A stretch of DNA of 35,122 bases. Origin: Macrostomum lignano (lineage: Eukaryota). Below are positions 33,925 to 35,122 of the stretch, in pieces. Below the pieces are notes generated by a model. That model ran no database searches, was not told the DNA's origin, and was given only the letters and a program-made list of their open reading frames with translations. A program made the translations under genes and the position numbers. Where the stretch lies: assembly GCA_002269645.1 (NCBI GenBank), contig NIVC01004780.1, forward strand, positions 1 through 35,122, given 5' to 3'. Every line of letters starts with the position of its first letter. The stretch's first letter is position 1.

Positions 33925-34855
33925 GGTGAGGCGGCTGGATAGTGAAGTGGCTGGGGAGTGAGATTGCTGGAGAGTGAGGTGGCTGAGGAGTGGGTGGCCG
34001 GAGAGTGAGATGGCTGGGAGGGAGGTGGCCGGGGAGGGAGGTGGCCAGAGAGCGAGGTGGCCGGAGAGGGAGGTGGCCGGAGAGTGAGGTGATTGGAGAG
34101 TGAGATGGCTGGAGAGTGAAGTGGTTGGAGAGTGAGGTGGTTGTAGAGTGAGGTGGCCGGTGAGTGAGGTGGATGGGGAGTGAAGTGGCTGGGTGCCGTG
34201 GGTGGGGAGTGAGTGGCTGGGAGTGAGGTGGCTGGGGAATGAGGTTGCTGCGAAATGAGATTGCCGGGGAGTGAGGTGGCTGGAGAGTGAGATGGCTGGG
34301 GAGGAAGGTGGCCGGGGAGGGAGGTGGCCGGAGAGCGAGGTGGCCGGAGAGTGAGGTGATTGGAGAGTGAGGTGCTGGAGAGTGAGATAACTGGAGAGTG
34401 AGGTGGCTGAGGAGTGGGTGGTTTGGGAATGAGGTGGCTGAGGAGTGGGGTGGTTTGGGAATGAGGTGGCTGGGGAATGAGGTGGCTGGGAATGAGGTTG
34501 CTGGGGAATGAGGTGGCTGGGGAATGATGTGGCTGGGGAGTGAGGTGGCTGGGTAGTGAAATTTCCGGAGAGTGAGGTGGCTGGAGAGTGAGGTGGTTGG
34601 GGAGTGAAGTGGCTGGGGAGTGAGGTGGCTGGGGAGTGAGGAGGCTGGGTAGTGAAATTTCCGGAGAGTGAGGTGGCCGGGGAGTGAGGTGGATGGGAGT
34701 GAAGTGGCTGGGGAGTGAGGTGGCTGGGAGTGAGGAGGCTGGAGAGTGAGGTGGCCGGTGAGTGAGGTGGATGGGGAGTGAAGTGGCTGGGAGTGAGGTG
34801 GCTGGGGAGTGAGGTGGCTGGGAGTGAGGTGGCTGGGGAGTGAGGTGGCTGTGGA
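33925..34855. repeat. Degenerate G-rich ~16-bp minisatellite (gagtgaggtggctggg)n
   Basis: About 55 imperfect units. Confidence 0.93.
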
Positions 34856-35122
34856 GTGCTGTATAAAATAGCTACAGTTAGTATGGAGCTCCGGGCAGAT
34901 CTGCGCTGTAAAATAAAGGAAACTACACGACCGCTGAATATTCCTGGCCCTTCAAAGTGCATGCTCACTGACTATAGCACTTCTCACTTTCTCTTATTAA
35001 ACCGGCACGCATATTGATTGCCAGTGGCACTCGTCAAGTTGGCCGCCAGCTCGAGTGAGCCTTCGGGGCGCGTCGGATTCAAGTGCCGGCAGATCTTCAG
35101 TTACAGCTAGCTAAAGTACTCT

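Noticed and set aside
33871-34968. 365-aa Pro/Ser/His-rich ORF
   Set aside because: Translation of the degenerate G-rich minisatellite.
35020-35100. GC-rich stretch that could be an exon (LKICRHLNPTRPEGSLELAAN...)
   Set aside because: No recognisable homology, it does not fit the missing TMEM196-like exons, and it is truncated by the window edge.

Overview
This is eukaryotic (metazoan) genomic DNA, not prokaryotic. Short GC-rich GT-AG exons sit in introns packed with minisatellites. This style resembles the flatworm Macrostomum, but that assignment is an inference. Genes I can reconstruct by hand: (1) the 5' part of an SLC22 organic-ion transporter (minus strand, 4 exons, 3305 to 521, continuing past the left edge); (2) a complete 10-exon PCYT2 ethanolamine-phosphate cytidylyltransferase (minus, 21004 to 5122, 365 aa); (3) RPL18 (plus, 24190-25227, one intron, at least one apparent 1-bp deletion); (4) an intronless secreted protein with PAN/apple-like and LamG/ConA-like domains (minus, 29457 to 28450); (5) the last exon of a TMEM196/MS4A-like membrane protein (minus, 32972 to 32604); and possibly (6) a small spliced plus-strand gene after RPL18. 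Mobile DNA comprises a head-to-tail pair of ~3 kb non-autonomous Helitron-like elements, two tRNA-derived SINE families (one CORE-like) and a mosaic of the two. The most unusual feature is PCYT2 intron 7. It is a ~50-bp minisatellite made of 22 copies of the exon-7 end plus its own 5' splice site, and every donor other than the real one lies downstream of an in-frame stop. Most long ORFs in the supplied track are translations of tandem repeats. There is no CRISPR array, rRNA or genuine tRNA gene.
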